The notes under the pieces are model-generated. The model saw only the letters and a program-made list of their open reading frames with translations, was not told where the DNA came from and did no database searches. The translations under genes and the position numbers were made by a program. A DNA stretch of 64,000 bases from positions 9,114,001-9,178,000 of the forward strand of contig CATNEN010000001.1 in the NCBI GenBank assembly GCA_950097015.1, read 5' to 3'. This document shows, in pieces, positions 59,801 through 64,000 of this stretch (positions are counted from its first letter, which is position 1; each line of letters opens with the position of its first letter). The DNA comes from Macrostomum hystrix (taxonomy: Eukaryota; Animalia; Platyhelminthes).

Positions 59801-60476
59801 TCGCCAGCCATAGATGGGGCGCCTGGACCGCATAGAAGACTCTGGAACAAGTTGCACACTGTCATAACCTTGGCGATGTTGACCTGGGCCATCGCCTGTG
59901 TGCACTTCTTGTTGATGAAGGCCAGTCCAGGATCTATGTACTTGTTGAACAGTTCGTACACGTACTCGATTAGATCTTCGCGGAAGTTGCACTCCTTCGT
60001 TAGCTTGGTTAGCCAGGTGCGAACGTACGGGCGCCAGCCCATGTCTTCCGGATCCACATAGACCATGCCGCAACGGGACACTGTGGCTGGGGACGCCACT
60101 GCGAGGTCCTGCACCTCGAACAGCATGTGAATGAATGGCGTAAGCTTGATGCGCTCGGAGTTGGCCAGGCAGAGCATTTTGTTATCGTCCAGCACAGTGT
60201 TCATGTTCTCGATCCAGAGTGCGTCTACTGGGCCGTCACAGATCACCCACTGATGATCCTCTGTCTCGTCCTGGGTATTTTAAATTAATGGAGTGGGCAG
60301 TGGTACGTCAGTTATAAGCTTTTTATTATATTTAATAATGTTGTCAACAAATTATCGGTCTTTTAAGCCCTGCGATGGGGTTTTAGCCTAGAGGTTACAT
60401 CGTCGAACTTACGACTTCAAGGTTGGGGGTTCGATTCTCGACTCCACTGGAACAGTTCATGTCTATAGTAACGCAC

Positions 60477-60526
<50 letters not shown>

Positions 60527-63500
60527 TTCAGGGGGCATTCCCGCACCCGCAGCCAGCGAAGAGGCGATTCTGCCCATTCCGCTGGCTCCTGAGCACTCAT
60601 GGACACAGATGTTGTACGCAGGCACACGCTCCCACAGGTGTGTACATCTGCCCTAACTTTCCCATCGTCAGGCAGTGTACACTTTCAGTGTGCCTTGGAG
60701 GTTGGCCCTCGAGGTCGTAAATTGCTCGACCAGCCCCCAAGCCTTCTCTCCACGGCTGCGCCCCAATTTAATGTGGCCTCGCCGCTGAATCGAGCTCAGG
60801 GACCTTGGTGCGAGAGGCAAACGCGGTAACCACTCTGCCACTCACTTCCTAGTAAGGCACATAACTCTGCATTGCTTAGTTTCACCCAGTTGTTAAATGG
60901 GTACCAGCATTAGCTAGGGCTAATTTAGGGTTGTTGTGTCGTCCCCACAGTCCATGGACTATATAGCCGTACACAGCTCAACAGCCGTCAGATGCGTCGT
61001 GGAATAGCTGCAGCTGCACAGTCGGCTGCGTATCAGTACACACAGTAAATACATTTGAAAAGTAAGGCTTCTTAGCTGAACTTACAGCACACGCAGTGCG
61101 CACTGACACTCCCATGAGGCCATCGTGCCACTCCATTGTCTGCAAATTGTAGGAGCCGTAGAGCTCTCCCATGGTGATTGACTTGGGATTTAGCACGTAA
61201 GTCTTCACCGGTTGGTACTCCGGGCGACTTGGGCTCTTTTTCTTGAGGCTGTCCAGCACATCGGCCAGAACTCTGTACACCGTGGTCTTGCCACCGCCAG
61301 TTGGTCCGACAAGCATGACACCGTGGCGTACCAGCAGCGTCTCCCAGAACTGAATAACCTTCAGCACCTGAGAGTCGTCCACCTGCAGGCCTCGACTAGT
61401 AATGATGCTGCAGATCTCCTCTCTGAATAGGCCGTAGTCGTGCTCTGGTAGTTGCACGCCAGGGAACAAGTCTAGCAGGATGGCCTTGAAAAGCACCGCA
61501 TCCTGCTTGAGGAACTTGGGCAGATTGGAGTCCCTGAGAGCACGAATCAGCACCACATCCTCGTGCTTGTCTGGGTTCTCACGCTTCAACGCGCCGGCCA
61601 TCACCAGCACAGACTTCAGGGCGCGCATACCGAAATCGTAGTGATCCTGCTGCGAGAGCTGCTCGCTGCACAGTTTGTACATCTGCGTCATCTTTAGCGC
61701 GAGATTCTTTGACGATTCGAAGCCTTCCGAGTAGAGAATGACCTCAGCGATGAGTCGGTAGTCCGGCACCATCATTGAGATGGGACGGAAGAGGGCTTTC
61801 AGGTTGTCAGGCAGCTCGGTACGGCCAGCGTAGCCTGGGTTCATTGTGATGAAGGCCGCGCATGTCTTCACCAGCTTGATTTCGCGACCCTCGAACATGA
61901 AGCGGAACATGTTGCCAGCCTTGGCCTGTCTGATGGTGATCAGCTGCTGGGCGATCACAGACAGCACCTCGATGTCGATTCGATTGAATTCGTCGAAGCA
62001 GCACCAGGCTCCAGACTGGGCCAGGCCACTGAAGAAGCGGCCCATCATTTTGTAGTCCAGACCGTCGGAGCAGTTGAACACAACGCACTGCTTGGCCAGA
62101 GACTTGGCCAGGTCTTTGGTAGTTTCGGTCTTTCCAGTACCAGCTGGACCGGCGGGGGCGCCGCCCAGGTCGAGCTGCAAAGCTCCCATGAGGCACAGGT
62201 AGCACCGATCAGTCAGAGGTGTGATTACCAGACGGGGCGAGGCACCGAGGTACTCATAGCCGTAGTAATAGCGGCTGTTTGACATCTTCACAATGCAATT
62301 GTCCTCGTCCTTATCCCAGTAGTATCGTAGCTGCTTCTGCCAGTCGAACGACCCGACATCGTCAATCTCATTTTCCACCATCTCGGTCACCATGTCGCGG
62401 GCATGGACATCGATGGTGATGAGCGCGCAGAGCAGAGCCCGGAGCAGCTTTGGCAGCTCGCCGCGCACAACTGCCGCGAGCTTGTTGAGGTCCTGGAAGC
62501 ATTTCTGCTCGAACTTCTTCATTCCTTCGAGCCGCGCGTCCGGCTCGCCGCTCAGGATTTCTTCGATCTCGTCACACCACATGGCCTGGCTGACCGTAAG
62601 CACCACCTGCGAGCAGTGCCGCGTCAGCCACTCCTCGCGCTTCGAGTCCGTGTAGTCGAGCAGCGACGCCTTGGTCAACTTGCGCAGGTTGCTAAACATG
62701 GCCTCTTCAACTTTTCCAAGCCAGTCTTCCACATTGCCGCGGGCCTTCAGTCCCTTGCCGAGGGACACCTTCTCACCCTCAGGCGACAGCATGGCGTGGA
62801 TGTCGTTGCTGTAGGTCACCTCGTTGGGGTCGGCAGCAGGTTCGCCATCCTGTGGAGTCTTCGGTGCCAGAATGCCGAACTCCAGCTTGGAGATGGCGTC
62901 GAAGCACTTGCGAAGGTGCGGCTGCACAGCTTGCGGATTGCGCGTCTGGGCCAGAATCTCCAGCAGCTCATCGTTCGACAGGAAGTAGAAACGTGGAAAG
63001 ACGACGCGCTTCGATTCCAGGTAGTCCTCCAAGCACTTCTGAATCTCGTCAAGCAGCAGGTTATTGTTCTTGAAGGTCTCCAGCAGGCCGGCTTGTGTGG
63101 CGTAGCGCATCGCCATGGGAGCCTTTTGGGCTTTGCGCATGACCTCCTTGTACGACTTATCAACCGACATGAAAGACTTCGATTCAGACGGTAGCTGCTT
63201 CTGAATGTCTGGGGCGCTGAACACAGACTCCAGGTACATCCAATTACGCTGGCATGTGATCCATTCTTCGAGAGTTTTGCCGAACAGTTCCAGGTTTGCC
63301 TGCCAATCGTCAACGCGGTGCTTGATTGGACCAACGTGACGCGAAGAAGCGATTGTGGCAATGTTGATGTTCGAGTCGTCCCACAACTGCTGGATGTCGT
63401 CTGTTCCGCCAAGCATGTATACGTCTTTGTAAATATGCTCTTTGTACGGCAAGATGATAAACTCTTGCGTCTTCCAAGCCTCCTCAACTCGGAGTAGGAT

Positions 63501-64000
63501 CTGCTCCAAACTAGCCTCCGAGCTAGCTTGGCCTGAGACTTCCTGCAGCGCCTCCGAGTGCTCGAATGCTTTGATCTGGATCAGTGTTCCCAGGGTGAAT
63601 GGTTCTGGCTGGTCTCGTAGAGCCAGTGAAACAATCTCCTCGATCTTGTTCCAGTGCCGATCCTTCAGGTTGACATTTCGCAGGTCGGTCACAACTGGCA
63701 GCTTGACGCGCATGTCGTCGACCTTCTCTTTGAGTCGGGGCACTACTGGATTTGGCGGCAGACCCTTCTCTAGCTGCTGCACAGCCTTCATGTACTTCAT
63801 TGTAATGTTGCTCAGGTCCTCAACGTCGAGCTCCATGAAGGGTGCCGCCTTCCACTGATCCAGGTACTTGTCCCACTCGTCAATTGAGTTCCAGAGCATC
63901 TCCTTCAGTCTGAGCTCGGCCAAAACCTCTTCTAGCTCGTCGAACTTGGTCTGTTCGACTTTGAAGTTCTTCTGATAGGACTTGTATTGGTAAGCCCTCC
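50857..64000 (-). CDS. DNAH6: Axonemal inner-arm dynein heavy chain, 3' part (linker, AAA1-6, stalk, C-terminus); exons approx. 61085->64000, 58530-60271, 57753-58434, 57014-57171, 56028-56444, 55696-55942, 53043-55602, 52731-52967, 52403-52660, 51838-52326, 51059-51203, 50857-50960
   Basis: P-loops [24 protein letters not shown] and GVGGTGKQ; [30 protein letters not shown] and [38 protein letters not shown] recalled as DNAH6-type; C-terminus TTGHSTNFV…[15 protein letters not shown]. Confidence 0.88.
51263..51442 (-). mobile_element. SINE family A, partial
   Basis: CAGCCGCAGCTATTG…CAGTCCATGGACTGGG…GAACTGAAGCAATGCA. Confidence 0.75.
51590..51672. repeat. Short degenerate array of the 16-bp GAGAGATGAGACACGG motif
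   Basis: Same unit as 25140-25680. Confidence 0.7.
56503..56930. mobile_element. tRNA-headed SINE (+) carrying a nested antisense SINE B (56602-56864) with TSD GAGCAAGACGCTT
   Basis: GGGGTTCAAATC B-box; GAGCAAGACGCTT duplicated at ~56587 and ~56865; the host core continues AACTTGTC…GTATAATGGGT. Confidence 0.8.
60378..61035 (+). mobile_element. SINE A carrying a nested antisense SINE B (60478-60845, long (ATT)n tail)
   Basis: The host head and tail are contiguous once the insert is removed; imperfect TSD TAGTAACGCACGTAA / TAGTAAGGCACATAA. Confidence 0.85.

Noticed and set aside
60395-60656. Poly-Ile ORFs
   Set aside because: They are the (ATT)n tail of a nested SINE B.
52374-63858. Numerous + strand and alternate-frame ORFs over the dynein exons
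   Set aside because: Antisense shadows of GC-rich, codon-biased dynein coding sequence.

Overview
Eukaryotic (animal) genomic DNA with spliceosomal introns, GC-rich exons, AT-rich introns and many intronic minisatellites. The overall style suggests a free-living flatworm such as Macrostomum (inference only). Genes reconstructed by hand from GT-AG sites and reading-frame phase: the 3' part of a coiled-coil gene (+), peroxisomal 2,4-dienoyl-CoA reductase (+, ends in AKL), a complete 17-exon long-form RNase Z/ELAC2 (-), three tandem paralogues encoding secreted signal peptide + PAN/Apple + ALK/LTK-type glycine-rich-domain proteins with no TM segment or kinase (-), a four-EF-hand Ca-binding protein (-), an intronless disrupted DEG/ENaC channel (-), a C2H2-finger/coiled-coil gene (-), and the 3' ~two-thirds of axonemal dynein heavy chain DNAH6 (-). 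Mobile DNA: a deleted Merlin element with TIRs and an 8-bp TSD, a Harbinger element abutting a truncated mariner, two tRNA-derived SINE families (one nested twice at the same motif of host SINEs), two unclassified interspersed/MITE-like families, and about 12 unrelated tandem arrays. The most interesting candidate system is the tandem family of soluble 'PAN + ALK/LTK ligand-binding-like polyglycine' proteins built from symmetric phase-1 exons. All identifications come from recognised motifs, not database searches.
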